From: Haliotis rubra | Lineage: Eukaryota | NCBI RefSeq assembly: GCF_003918875.1 | Contig: NW_025767172.1 | Coordinates: forward strand, 124,001-188,000 | Direction: 5' to 3' | Length of the DNA: 64,000 bases | Shown: in pieces, positions 24,401 through 34,300 of the stretch | How positions within the stretch are numbered: position 1 is the stretch's first letter | Layout of the letters: each line of letters opens with the position of its first letter | The notes under the pieces: generated by a model | Told to the model about the DNA's origin: nothing | Databases searched by the model: none | The model's input: only the letters and a program-made list of their open reading frames with translations | Program-made: the position numbers and the translations under genes

Positions 24401-26629
24401 GATTTTGTAGGTCAAAGTATTTAAAACTAGGACACAAATTGCCCCCAGAGCATACCAGCTGTTGAGGAACTGACTTTCATACTAAAACATCTCTGTACGG
24501 GAATAAAATAATTCAGAATATTGTAAGTATAATATTTGCAATATCCCAGCTATATGGCGGCGGTCTAAATAATCGAGCCTGGACCAGATAATCTAGTGAT
24601 CAACAGCATGAGTATCGATCTATGCAACTTGGATACGATGAATAATGAAGACTGCTTACTTTAAATGTTGATTTTGTAGGTCAAAGTACTTAAAACTAGG
24701 ACACAAATTGCCCCCAGAGCATACCAGCTGTTGAGGAACTGACTTTCATACTAAAACATCTCTGTACGGGAATAAAATAATTCAGAATATTGTAAGTATA
24801 ATATTTGCAATATCCCAGCTATATGGCGGCGGTCTAAATAATCGAGCCTGGACCAGATAATCTAGTGATCAACAGCATGAGTATCGATCTATGCAACTTG
24901 GATACGATGATATGTGTAACCCAAGTCAACGAGCCAGATCCATCCGATCCCGTTAACCGCCTCTTACGACAAGCACCGGTTGCTGAAGACCAATTTTATT
25001 CCGCATCTTTACGGGTAGGGTGCCAATGTAACATATAGTCACTGTATACACTATGAATTTATAACAAGCATTTCTATCACATCGGAAACGGCACCAGAAG
25101 TGAGTCAATTCATCTGAAGTCAGTATTCAAAGGTGTCACGTGATCAACTCTTTGGCAGCCATCCAAGTTTGCTAGACCTGATGAGGTAGCTATATTTTTT
25201 TGACGATATAACTGTCGTTTTCATTTCGTTTGGTATGAATGTAAGAGGGCGTCTCGGTGATTTCCCTTTTGTCTGCAGTCTTGAATATATCTGATTAAAC
25301 AAGTAATACAGAAATTCATCAAGTAAGTGGTATGTCAATCATGAACCTCAAACTTCGCTATGAAAGCATTCAAGATTATTTTCAAGATAATTAAAATGAA
25401 CTCTTGCACACTGGTGACAAGAAACTGCAGTGTAATCAAGGTGTCAATCGATGTGCAGGCTTGGTTTAAGTCCAGGGCAGTTATTCAGTAAAATGAAGGA
25501 CCTCGTGAGACGAATAGACTGAGCTAAGAAATTTCTGTTGCGACACCTTCCAGGCCATTTTAACTGAAACACAGCTCCGTGAGATAGGTGTCAGGGGACG
25601 TATTTTTACTATTTTAGGCCCTGTCGCGAACTTCGCTGTGTCCGCTTTCCATGCTATATCAATCGGTAAGGATGCGAGGGTAGACTTCTCACAATGTAGA
25701 CATACCTTCTACATCTACATCTGATCTGTGATTCTTTTGGCAGCCCCAGCAGGAATCAGATAATGCTGAAAGAAAGATATGAAACATGGAGATAGTTAAG
25801 CTGACAAAACGATTGTATTATTATGTCATATGTGTGCTGCAGTAACATGCAAGCCTGTGATAATTACACTGATACGCTGACCGGCCTCTCGGGTGTCGAA
25901 CCCGTGAAGATCCGGGTTAGAATTGGTCTTCAGTAACCCATGCTTGTTTAAAAAGCGACTAGGGGAATTGGGTAGTCAGGTTTGCTGATTTTGTTGACAC
26001 ATATCATCGAATCCCAATTGTGTAGATCGATGCTCATGCTGTTGATCACTGGATTGTCTGGTCCAGACTCGATTATTTACAGACCGCCGTCATATAACTG
26101 GAATAGTGCGGCTTAAAACAACAACACAACCAAGCAACTCTAGAGTGTCGACTGGTGTATACACGTCGGTTGGTTTGGTTTGGTTTGGTTTGAGTGTAAC
26201 ACAGCTGTGAGGGGAGGTGGGGTAACCAAAGTGATTTGTGCGTTCGCTCATCACGCCGAAGGCCCGGGTTCGAACCCCCACATGTATACAGTGGGTGAAG
26301 CCCATTGCTGGTGTCCCCGCTGGAATATTGCTAAAAGCGGCGTTAAGACTGCTTTGAAAACTGTTTCAGATTAACAGTATGTGAGACGAAGGGTGTTAAT
26401 AAACAACCCTGGTTTCGTACTGACGACCAATCAGAACGGTGGCTAATCTTAGATGTAAAAGACTCAGGATTTATTCATTCCACTGGGACATCCATGAGCC
26501 GCAGTTTAACATTGTCCCTCTTCAATGTCGCCATTTACCTCAGACATTGAAGTGGAGTTAGTAGGATTACAAATGAACAACTTCATCATTATACTTACCA
26601 AACAGAAGTAGAAGATAACGTAAATACAT
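275..26629 (-). CDS. SVEP1/polydom-like secreted mosaic protein (SP-HYR-like-sushi2-HYR-sushi2-SEA-like-ephrin_rec_like2-pentraxin/LamG-EGF2-TSP1); multi-exon gene, 3' end possibly beyond window start
   Basis: Exons read by hand with ag/gt boundaries and compatible phases: 26629-26599, 25765-25706, 23827-23701, (20526-20495 uncertain), 19130-19083, 18789-18613, 17491-17312, 15019-14762, 13786-13568, 12968-12777, 8352-7837, 6675-6514, 5642-5481, 5009-4805, 4173-3989, 3346-3179, 1595-1365, 445-275. A possible terminal exon near 200-166 reads DFEITLSTVKQ*. Confidence 0.88.
563..716 (-). mobile_element. tRNA-derived SINE, family A ((ACTC)n tail)
   Basis: A/B-box head and gatattgctggaatattgctaaaagcgg tail. 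Other copies at ~3645-3800, 5237-5418, 7316-7490, 23360-23519, 26208-26345, 33328-33483, 34144-34312, 41042-41203, 46085-46235, 59173-59325, 60556-60700. Confidence 0.9.
1365..1595 (-). CDS. Exon: two EGF-like domains
   Basis: PDVCISQPCGDNVCIPTGSAFRCVCRGGYSGDKC...CECHPGYRGNLC; 231 nt, phase 1-1. Confidence 0.93.
3179..3346 (-). CDS. Exon: C-terminal part of pentraxin/LamG-like domain
   Basis: YMYLRDLNFLPSANSEVVRNMSTTC...VVPSTCM; tttcag acceptor, gtagg donor, phase 1-1. Confidence 0.8.
3389..3634 (-). mobile_element. SINE-like family B copy with target-site duplication
   Basis: Flanked by the direct repeat cacttcatta; same 3' tail as family A. Confidence 0.85.
3989..4173 (-). CDS. Exon: pentraxin/LamG core
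   Basis: NKWLHVAVTWSHPTLTMYVGG matches the WxHxxxTW...YxxG motif; phase 2-1. Confidence 0.88.
4805..5009 (-). CDS. Exon: start of pentraxin/LamG-like domain
   Basis: AFDFLLRGP...DFTFSVWIK; acceptor ttccag, phase 1-2. Confidence 0.85.
5237..5418 (+). mobile_element. Full-length SINE family A copy
   Basis: gtagcctagtggtt (A box), ggttcgattcc (B box), (actc)n tail. Confidence 0.9.
5481..5642 (-). CDS. Exon: ephrin-receptor-like (GCC2/GCC3) Cys repeat
   Basis: CDPGTYSNNGVVPCFKCPLKSYQHEGNKMECIPCPVGTTTEEEGANSAKQC; 162 nt. Confidence 0.93.
5945..6295 (+). mobile_element. tRNA-derived SINE family C (Meta-SINE-like core, (cctca)n tail)
   Basis: tRNA head plus ctgcctggcgctcggcattaa core; further copies at 42915-43255 (-) and 55905-56260 (-). 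Confidence 0.85.
6514..6675 (-). CDS. Exon: ephrin-receptor-like Cys repeat
   Basis: PCPSGSYHNSTRDECMACGYGQYQSQEGQTSCSKCPDGNTT; 162 nt. Confidence 0.93.
7837..8352 (-). CDS. Exon: SEA-like domain with Arg/Lys-rich insert
   Basis: YYYFQGPCED...VENVKVKCG...RLRKREARYGRRKYRGRYRKRPSRNRKRPS...PICGPGY; 516 nt, phase 1-1. Confidence 0.85.
8890..10745 (+). mobile_element. Degenerate MULE/Mutator transposon (FLYWCH-like and transposase remnants) with internal tandem array
   Basis: Remnants YDGYMYTK, HNH, LVAYFTSTYVSG, TNNSCEAWN; gggcaaagttcc subterminal repeats at 10652-10745. Confidence 0.75.
9790..10590. repeat. Tandem array, ~64-68 bp unit
   Basis: gctattcattatttactctctcagtgagctatattatgagctgtttctgtgtagt repeated about 12 times. 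Confidence 0.95.
10851..11955 (-). mobile_element. Non-autonomous element with ~85-bp terminal inverted repeats, Crypton/DUF3504-like remnant
   Basis: TIRs at 10851-10934 and 11872-11955; internal peptide SRFVISSEEKLQSL...STMKNTRWGLKMF followed by a gtaag donor. Confidence 0.7.
12777..12968 (-). CDS. Exon: sushi/CCP domain
   Basis: CTSLRAPNNGGMVC...CQLQCEEGYD...YICG...W...VPDC; 192 nt. Confidence 0.92.
13030..13192. mobile_element. Palindromic MITE (TA-flanked); second copy at 44859-45022
   Basis: TIR tatactcatagaaac...gtttctatgagtata. Confidence 0.85.
13568..13786 (-). CDS. Exon: sushi/CCP domain
   Basis: VICRNP...CVLTCELSLELIGEQYITC...YW...PSC; 219 nt. Confidence 0.9.
13877..14420. mobile_element. 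Non-autonomous TIR element (MULE-type subterminal repeats)
   Basis: gtcctcggtaaaaaagtaccggaaaaaa versus ttttttccggtacttttttgtccgaggac. Confidence 0.65.
14762..15019 (-). CDS. Exon: HYR domain
   Basis: DTKAPQINNCP...VEWPAITVSDNS...FELGSTLVKFTAKDSSQNQAEPCVFIVVV; 258 nt. Confidence 0.93.
15921..16545 (-). mobile_element. MULE transposase C-terminal remnant
   Basis: LMNYVATTWI and HRTNNHMEGWHHKVNKLAKKSHPNIY, the typical RTNNxxEGWH motif. Confidence 0.8.
16805..17296 (-). mobile_element. 5'-truncated non-LTR retrotransposon 3' end (C-terminal CCHC region, RTE-X/L2-like)
   Basis: FRLSSHSVDIERGRY...RTCKMC...HFLLICPAY. Confidence 0.8.
17312..17491 (-). CDS. Exon: sushi/CCP domain
   Basis: KRCAKSLNPDRGEF...LQCAREGY...SVCSISQRWLPSHAKC; 180 nt, not in the ORF track. 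Confidence 0.88.
17712..18308 (+). mobile_element. Probable solo LTR inserted into a family B element
   Basis: Starts tgttat, ataacca near the end, ataag duplicated at both sides; the host element resumes at 18309. Confidence 0.55.
18613..18789 (-). CDS. Exon: sushi/CCP domain
   Basis: CKVPPGLPNGFRTC...CHYTCSDRF...VTCNEDGNWKGTPPTC; 177 nt. Confidence 0.93.
19083..19130 (-). CDS. Small exon preceding the first sushi domain
   Basis: ttttcag acceptor, gtaagc donor; VNVHADSCSMTFLKK, phase 1-1. Confidence 0.65.
21821..22148. mobile_element. MITE with 23-bp TIRs nested in an older palindromic element (~21760-22210)
   Basis: agggactgttcataatttatggc / gccataaattatgaacggtccct. Confidence 0.85.
22760..23240 (+). 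mobile_element. Tc1/mariner transposase remnant
   Basis: LTAAERERAIGMVQIG...IAQIFGCSR HTH region, later WQRVVFSD, with frameshifts and stops. Confidence 0.85.
23701..23827 (-). CDS. Exon: N-terminal, HYR-like region
   Basis: EPREPIDITLKLDCPFRSDTWRTLADIKYDTPTVSLLESKYK; strong splice sites, phase 1-2. Confidence 0.75.
24363..24900. repeat. Near-perfect 269-bp tandem duplication
   Basis: gatacgatgaataatgaagactgc at 24363 and 24632. Confidence 0.9.
25706..25765 (-). CDS. Exon 2: end of signal peptide
   Basis: ALSDSCWGCQKNHRSDVDVE; 60 nt, phase 1-1. Confidence 0.75.
26599..26629 (-). CDS. First coding exon (signal peptide)
   Basis: ATG start MYLRYLLLLF followed by gtaagt donor. Confidence 0.75.
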
Positions 26630-29600
26630 GTTGCCCTTCGCAGTCTCAAGCTCTGAAAGATAGGGCCAGAGTGAAACATATTTATGCATGTTATAAAGCA
26701 TGTTCTTATTACTATAATTACGTACTGTAAGAGTACCTTGAATGGGCACATCCAAACCAAATTCCCATATGAACATGTGCATAGGTATAGATTCACAACA
26801 AAATTGAAATTCATTTTGGTTTCATTCAGGCTATACAAATATGCCTTTAATATTTTTGAGGACGGCGAAATAAATACTTACATATATGTGGAACTAACAT
26901 CAAAACAATCACGTCCGTCAAACTGACTTTGTGACATCGTTTTTCTTAATCATCTTCAAGATAACCCATGTTGATATAATCGTAATTGCACCCAAAAGAA
27001 CATGTTTGCTTGTGCCTCAATGCAGACAAGTTCTGAAAATGTTACCAGTGCCACTGCCATTCATATTTCGTATTTGTTTTGATGCCAGCATCCACGAGGC
27101 AGTAGCAAATGGTGGAATGTCTAACGGGTCATTAAGGCCCAAGGCCAAGGTACAGCTAATATAATGAAGTATTTTAAAATTTTACAGTGTCAGTTTGTGG
27201 CATGTTTAATGTAAGTTGCTAAATGTTTAAGATGACTTACATCGGAGGACTGCAACACTGTTATCGCTCAGAGTCTGATCAAGGGGGTCATAGGAATCAG
27301 AAATTTGCTTTTGTTCTTCATAAAGTGTCTGTTGTGCAGTTTTTAGGGTTAAAGAGAAAAACTTGACAGCATTGTTCAATGTTGTATAGAATTATTCCTA
27401 ATCCATCTTTAAGCCAACATGCGCAGCAGATTTAGACAGATGCTCTATTCGAAGATTTCACCAGTTTTCATCATGAGAACTTAAAATATGATAAACAAAA
27501 GTTTGGATATCTTTGGACTCGAGCACCAAACTAGCTCTGTGTGAAACACTGAATTTGCTAAATAGGCGTGCATACTTTTTATGCACCAATTCGGGGAAAC
27601 GAGAAGAAATTATTTATCCTATTTATCTTGATGGAACGTGGATAAATGCAAATCAAACGCCATCTTATCAGTGACACGACATTAGTCAAAACTCGTAAGA
27701 TACCTCAAGGAAGTGAGTGAAGTTTTACGCCGCACTCAGCAATATTCCAGCTGTATGGCTGCGGTCTGTAAATAATCAAGCCTGGACCAGACAATCCGGT
27801 GCTCAACAGCATGACCATCGATCTACTCAGTTGTGTCAACCACGTCACCGAGCCTGACCACCCAATCCCGTTAGTCGCCTCTTACGACAAGCATGGGTTA
27901 CTGAAGATCAGTTCTAACCTGGGTCGCCAAGTCAGAAATTTCTGCATAACCAAATACCCGGATCTTCACGGGTCTGTAACCACAAGGGAAATGAGACTTA
28001 TTATTGTAATGCGGTTCAAACTGGAATTTCTTACGACATTGCAAATTGTTTTCTTTCTTCGTAAATTAACACAACCAGACTGAAATGAACTATAAGGTAT
28101 TTGCAGAATTTGCAAAGGTACAGCTTTCTCCTGCTTCCCCACATCCTTGATAATCTCCAGGGTATACGTTCCGATAAATCTCGGAAAGTATACCTGGAGA
28201 TAATCGAGGATGGCTTCCCCAGAGTTCGGTTGTAATGGACACCATATGTTTGGGACCCACATGAAGATAGGTCCAGCCTTGGCTTTGAAAAAAGCCAAAA
28301 TGACCTCATGGTTGTCAAGGCAAGGTGTAGTGTACTCAAGAAGGGGCACTAGAACTCTTTGAAATCATACAACAAACATCCTGAAATGTACTTAATAGAC
28401 ACAATTTTGAAGAATCATGGACAAGCAGTCTTGGGTCTGCTCCCATACCATTATGACCTGGGGTTCTTTTCACGAAGCAGTGTTTACTAAGGTTAACCTT
28501 AACTCCCATTCTTTTACATTGCACTAAGGTTACCGCAGTGACTTACGATCACCTTAGTGCTTTGTGAAAGGAGGCCCTGAACCCGATAGAACTCATCCAG
28601 GGTAATTTGAAAGATCAGTACCAAAAAATATTTCACTCGAACTGCAAGATGTTAAAAATCATTGTAAAAGAAGAACTATCAGTTGTTATACCGCATCTGA
28701 GTTATCATTGCAGAGATCCTGTAGTTAACGTAGAAAGCAATATTGGTTCAAAGGTGATCTACATAGAACACGTGTCAGCCAACATGTAGTCAGCCCAGCC
28801 CAGGATGACGACACAGTAAATATAACCCGTGAAGATCCAGGTTAGAATTGATCTTCTGTAGCCCATGCTTGTCGTAATAGGCGACTAACGGGACCGATGG
28901 TCAGGATCACTGACTTAGATTGATGTTCATGCTGTTGATCAGTATCCCAATTGCGTAGATTGATGTTCATGCTGTTGATCACGGGATTGTCTGGTCCAGA
29001 CTCGATTATTTACAGACCGCCGCCATATAGCTGGAATATTGCTGAGTGCGGCGTAAAACTAAACTCACTCACTCACTTAAATGCTATTGAGGAACAGTTG
29101 TCTCAAGATGAGTGTTGAAAGTAAGAGCTTCTTCACTTTTGAGACGCTCCCTTTACATGTCAAACTGACATGACACACATTGTAAGCGTGACCTCAGGTC
29201 CTGCACGAGAATCACTTGTTTACATGCCCCGCCATGACATTCCCCCAGCTGCAACATCACCCTGAATATTGTCATCAAAGCAAACACAAAGCACGAGAGT
29301 TATATTTGTTTTTTCACAACTGTACGAGAGGCTTTTAAAAACTGGTTTCAATTCCGATAGGTGTAAATATACATCCATGAATTTGAACTAATTTGAAGAT
29401 AATTTGTGGGAAAACTGTGGTCCAAAAGCAAATATTTTGATCTATTATATAGGATCCGAGAAATTTAAAAGCTATGTACTTATAGCAAGTATATCCTGTG
29501 TTATAGCTAGGATACAATCAAAGTAAGCCACAGTACAAGGGCCTATATGCTTTCTACACTATATCCTTACATCAGGTTTATCATCCTTGCATTTGTAGTC

Positions 29601-31195
29601 GAATTATTGAACATAATTGTTACTGATACCAAGTTAATCGGCTTAACTCTGTCACGAACGTATACATGTACTTACTGTTGGTGCTGTCCCATCTTCTTAT
29701 GTAAGTGTTACTGATGAAACACTGCTGGCAGTTTGACATTGGCAGTTGATTATCAACAAGTATCAAGTATCTGTGGAGTCCATGTGGTTCCACTTACACT
29801 GTATAACAACACTAATGGGAAGTTTACTTTATCAAAGATCCGGGTTAGAATTTGTCTTCAGTAACACATCCTTGTCAAAAGAGGCGACTATCCGGATCGG
29901 GTGGTCAGTCTCGCTGACCTGGTTAACACATGTCATTCTATTTCAATTGTGTAGATCGATGCTAATGTTGTTGATCACTGGATTGTCTGACTCGATTATT
30001 TATAGACCGCAGCCATATAACTGGAATAATGCTGAGTGCGGCGTAAAACCACTTGGGTACCCAACCTCCCGCCGAAAAGAGGAGGGAGGAATCGTGGCAT
30101 CTGGGTCACAACATCCAGTCTACCAACAGATTGACACCGAAGACGCTGGTTCGATTCCTCACATAGTAGCACATATGTGTGAAGCCTATTCCTGGTGGAA
30201 TGTTGCTAAAAGCGGCGTAAAAATAAACACACTCGCTCCAACAGACTGGGACACTTTCACTTTTGCGGAGACTGGAATGCGTTTCGTTCGCTCTTGAAGC
30301 GTAAAAGGAACCTTTGAAATAATCGAATTCTTCTGGTGATAACTTCGATTTACTCATTATTTCTCTTGTCCACACTAGCCATCCTCGATAACAGTGTATT
30401 ATATCTCCACCTTAATTGACCCGTGAAGATCCGAGTTAGAATTGATCTTCAGTAACCCATGCTTGTCGTAAGAGGCGACTAACGGGATCGGGTGGTCAGG
30501 CTCGCTGACTTGATTGACAAATGCCATCGTATCTCAAATTGTGTAGATAGATGATCATGCTGTTGATCATTGGATTGTCTGGTCCAGACTCGATTATTGC
30601 TTGTGCGGCGTAAAACCAAACTCATTCGCTCCATCTTAATATGTGACAAAATTCGATACAAATCGGTGTGCGCCCAATTTGAACGACATGGTGCTAAAAA
30701 CAGCAGTGCAAAACTTTAAATTATGATGGTGTGATGAGAGAAATGAAGATGGCGACGTGCCTCCAAAACAAAGCTGTGATGGCGAATACTTCCAGGGTAT
30801 TGTCACTTAAGAATGAATTTGTGATAAACACTACCCATCGTCTATTATTCCATAATCTGTGATTTCAATTATTCAGTTGTTCAGTAGGAATAAATATAGA
30901 AATGAAATAATTGCGATTTTCGTTATCCCTTTCAATATTTCAAATCTGTTAAATGCACATAGTCTTATCTTGGGGTTATGCTACTAATTGTACACTTGTT
31001 AAGATGCTGTATTTCCTTTTCAGAGTAGCGTCCCTTTTGCCTGCAAGAAACCAATAATCGTGTTTTATTCCAAGATTCCTCCATGGTTTTTCAGCCAACG
31101 TCTTCGTGGGTTTCACAAAAGCAAGTAAAAGGTGAATGTAAAAGACAAGGTTTAATGCCTGTTGTTTTTTAATTACATTTTCTGAAAATTGTCCT

Positions 31196-31349
31196 TTAAG
31201 TGTTGATACACTTGCAGCATCCGGGTACCTGTACCCATTCTATGTTGTACTTCCGATTGTCATGGGTACCACGTTGAGGGTCTTCAGTGACAGCGGTTGC
31301 CGACTCATACCTTTGTATGCACTTTCCATACTGGAAGTTCGTCACATGT
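31196..31349 (-). CDS. Last exon of cystine-knot gene
   Basis: ttgcag acceptor; HVTNFQYGKCIQRYESATAVTED...VPGCCKCINT*. Confidence 0.88.
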
Positions 31350-34300
31350 CTGCAACGAGAGAAACAGGACTGATCATCACGATGAATGGTTTGCCAAGTA
31401 TGACAAGGATGAGTGTAGACTAAGCTTAATACCTCTGTAAAAAGTATTTCTTTCACAGTTGGACTAACAAGTCACAAATATACTATCCCAAAAAAGAAAC
31501 GCATATGCCACTGCGAAAACATCAGTTTAGAAGAAGGAAATGTCTGTACAACCAAGTGGATAATTTTTGATAACGTGAGCGTGATGGTGACGACGTAGCA
31601 CGGTCCCGACGTCCAGTCTCCTGGCTCTCAGTCCAATCTCGCTCAACCTGTTCCGTACCGTTTGACCGGATATCCTCCGAAGTCAAGGCACCCGGGCGGC
31701 TGTGCACTCACCCCTGGCAGTACCATCACGCAAATGTAGTACCCAGATGTACCGATCTTGGGCTACAGTGGTGACTCGAGGTCTGCCTGTAAGGCGACGG
31801 TAATTTGTTATACCTGTTTGGTTGTAACGAGCTGCAAGCCGTGATATTGTGCTCAGACTAACATTCAGACGCCTGGTAATCTCCAGCGTGCATTCTTTCA
31901 ATGGCGATGGTTCGTGTCGCAGCATCAAGACGTGGCGTAGTGATTTGACCTGGAAACTCCTTCAAAACGAATGCCGATTTCCGTAAGTAATCTGGATTTT
32001 TATAGCCAGACAGTGCATGCTTTTTTGTTGCACAATTTCAACTGGAAGGTGATTTTTTTGCGTTGTGGCGGTGCGTTTTTAATCCTTGTAAGAAATCTCA
32101 CCAAAATGAACATTTTCAGGTACAGACGATTTTTTACTTGTGCAATTGTGTAAAATCACGTTATCAACACTTTTGTTACATATTTTGACGATTGTTTGCA
32201 AACTAAAGGTAATTTATATATGTTTTAAATGCAAGTATATTATGTACATGTATATTATGTACATGCCCAGCTAACACACAGCATTTTCAACACAGGGGCC
32301 TGTAACGCTAAAAACTGCCATCAAGGTAGATAGTAATACTGTCACTGACGGGGCCTCAGTATTATATAAAGGGAAAGGGATGTAACGAGGTCAACGCACC
32401 AAGTTCGTTTCAGGGCGAATTCAACAATGCTCACTGTATTTATCCCATTTAAAGTATGCACACATTTCAAGCCAATAGATTTACCTACAAAATGAGACAT
32501 ACAGCACAAAAATCGAAGCTCCCAAAGTATTGCTTCGATTCTTGTGCTGTATGTCATGGCCTTCTCACTTCCAAGACTTGAACTCGAACGAACACATGTC
32601 GGATGAGCTGGGAAGACAGCAGATGAATAAACCCCTGACCTTGCAAGAACTTGGGCTAGCCCTCCGATCACAATATACTGTACGTACAGGTTCTCCACGA
32701 GGAGACGTTCTGTTGTCGCTATGTCCGCTCTGAGCAGTTGCACCCGTTATTGACTGCGCCTGTGCCAACAGTTTTGTCAATTTGATGTTCGCAATTCCAA
32801 CTATTGCCCTGTCACTGTAAATTTACTGATAGGTTCGAATTGTTATACTCACTGACATTGCTCAAACTTGAAAAACTGCTTGACGGTATGAAATTGGGCT
32901 ATCTTCTTCTTCTCGCCGTACACGTTGAGAAGGTGACTTTTAGACTTAAAATACGTTATCCTGCAAACAAAAATGAAAATGGGCAATGAGCTCAATATGA
33001 AGTATTCATTTGTAAATGAAATATTTGACAGTTTGCCTGTCATATGTTTTCAAAATAACATCGTGTGTTCTCGGTATCAAAGTATAATTAATAAATCAAG
33101 TGAGTTAGGCCTTCCCAGCTGAAAGTGCATATACTGCATGTTTCGTGATAAGAAATACATAAAAACCCAAGATCAGTGGTGTCGTGCTAAGCAGTACGAC
33201 ATTGCGGCATTACCAAAAACATTCACCAAATAATACCACATATTATCGACCAAGATCAACTGTATTGGATACAATATCGGTCAAATTGCCGGATATTAAT
33301 ATTTCAATTTCTTTCATATTTATACGAGTGAGTATTGTTTTCCTCTGCTTTAAGCATTATTCCAGCAATGTCACGGCTGGGGACACCAGAAATGGGCTTC
33401 ACACATTGTACCCATGAGGGGAATCGAACCCGGGTTTTCGGCGTGATGAGCGGACGCTTTAACTACTAGGCTACCCCCACCCCTTATATTTTTATGAAGA
33501 AATCATGAAATCTCAGTGTTGCAGCTCAGTAGGATCAAGGGCTCTTGATACTTGACGTCTTATGATGCCTAAGAGGCATGAAGGCAACTGCTTTGTGGCA
33601 TGTAAAGGAATAGGATTGTTGTGTAGAAGCGGTATGCTTGTCGCAAAGAGTCCGATCACATGATCAAAAGGTGCACATGGCTGATAGTGTAGCACCAAGC
33701 CTTGTGTCAGAAAACACTTTCAATCGGTTTGTCTGGTCTGGTCTTCTTTGAGTGGCACTGTAGAAGCTTGGAAGTAAAACACAGACACACTTTATGGATA
33801 ACAGCTTCTTTATTTCGTGAGAGCGACACTTTCGATACAGATTATTGTACCGTTGTCCGTGCTTGACAGCGGTACAAGAATCTGTCAGCTTCTTTGGGGC
33901 ATGTAAAGGAATAGGATTACAGTGTAGAGGTGGTATGCGGGTCGAAAGAGTCACTTCTTTGAGTGTCATTGTAGAAGTTGGGAAGTACGGAGAACGGTAC
34001 AAGAATCTGTATCGAAACGTCGCTCTCACGAAATAGAATAGATGTTATCTATAAAGTTTGTCTATGTTGGTATAGGCTCGATTGCAGGCAGATCACCATG
34101 ATATAGCTACATTAATGGTTTCAACATCATTCACTCGCTACCTGGGGCGGTGGGGTAGCCTTGTGGTTAAAGCGCCCGTTCGTCAGGCTTAAGACCCGGG
34201 TTCGATTTCCCACATGGGTACAATCTGTGAAGCCAATATCTGGTGTCACCCGTCGTGATATTGCTGAAATATTGCTAAAAGCGACGTAAAATCAAACTCA

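Noticed and set aside
27300-27710. Degraded Tc1/IS630-like transposase (…LDGTWINANQ…)
   Set aside because: Too decayed to define frame or boundaries confidently.
29136-29770. Upstream exon-like blocks with splice sites
   Set aside because: Only short ORFs; possibly 5' UTR exons but unsupported without transcripts.
29746-30297. 183-aa plus-strand ORF
   Set aside because: Read-through of adjacent SINE copies; the same peptide (LMLLITGLS) recurs at other SINEs.
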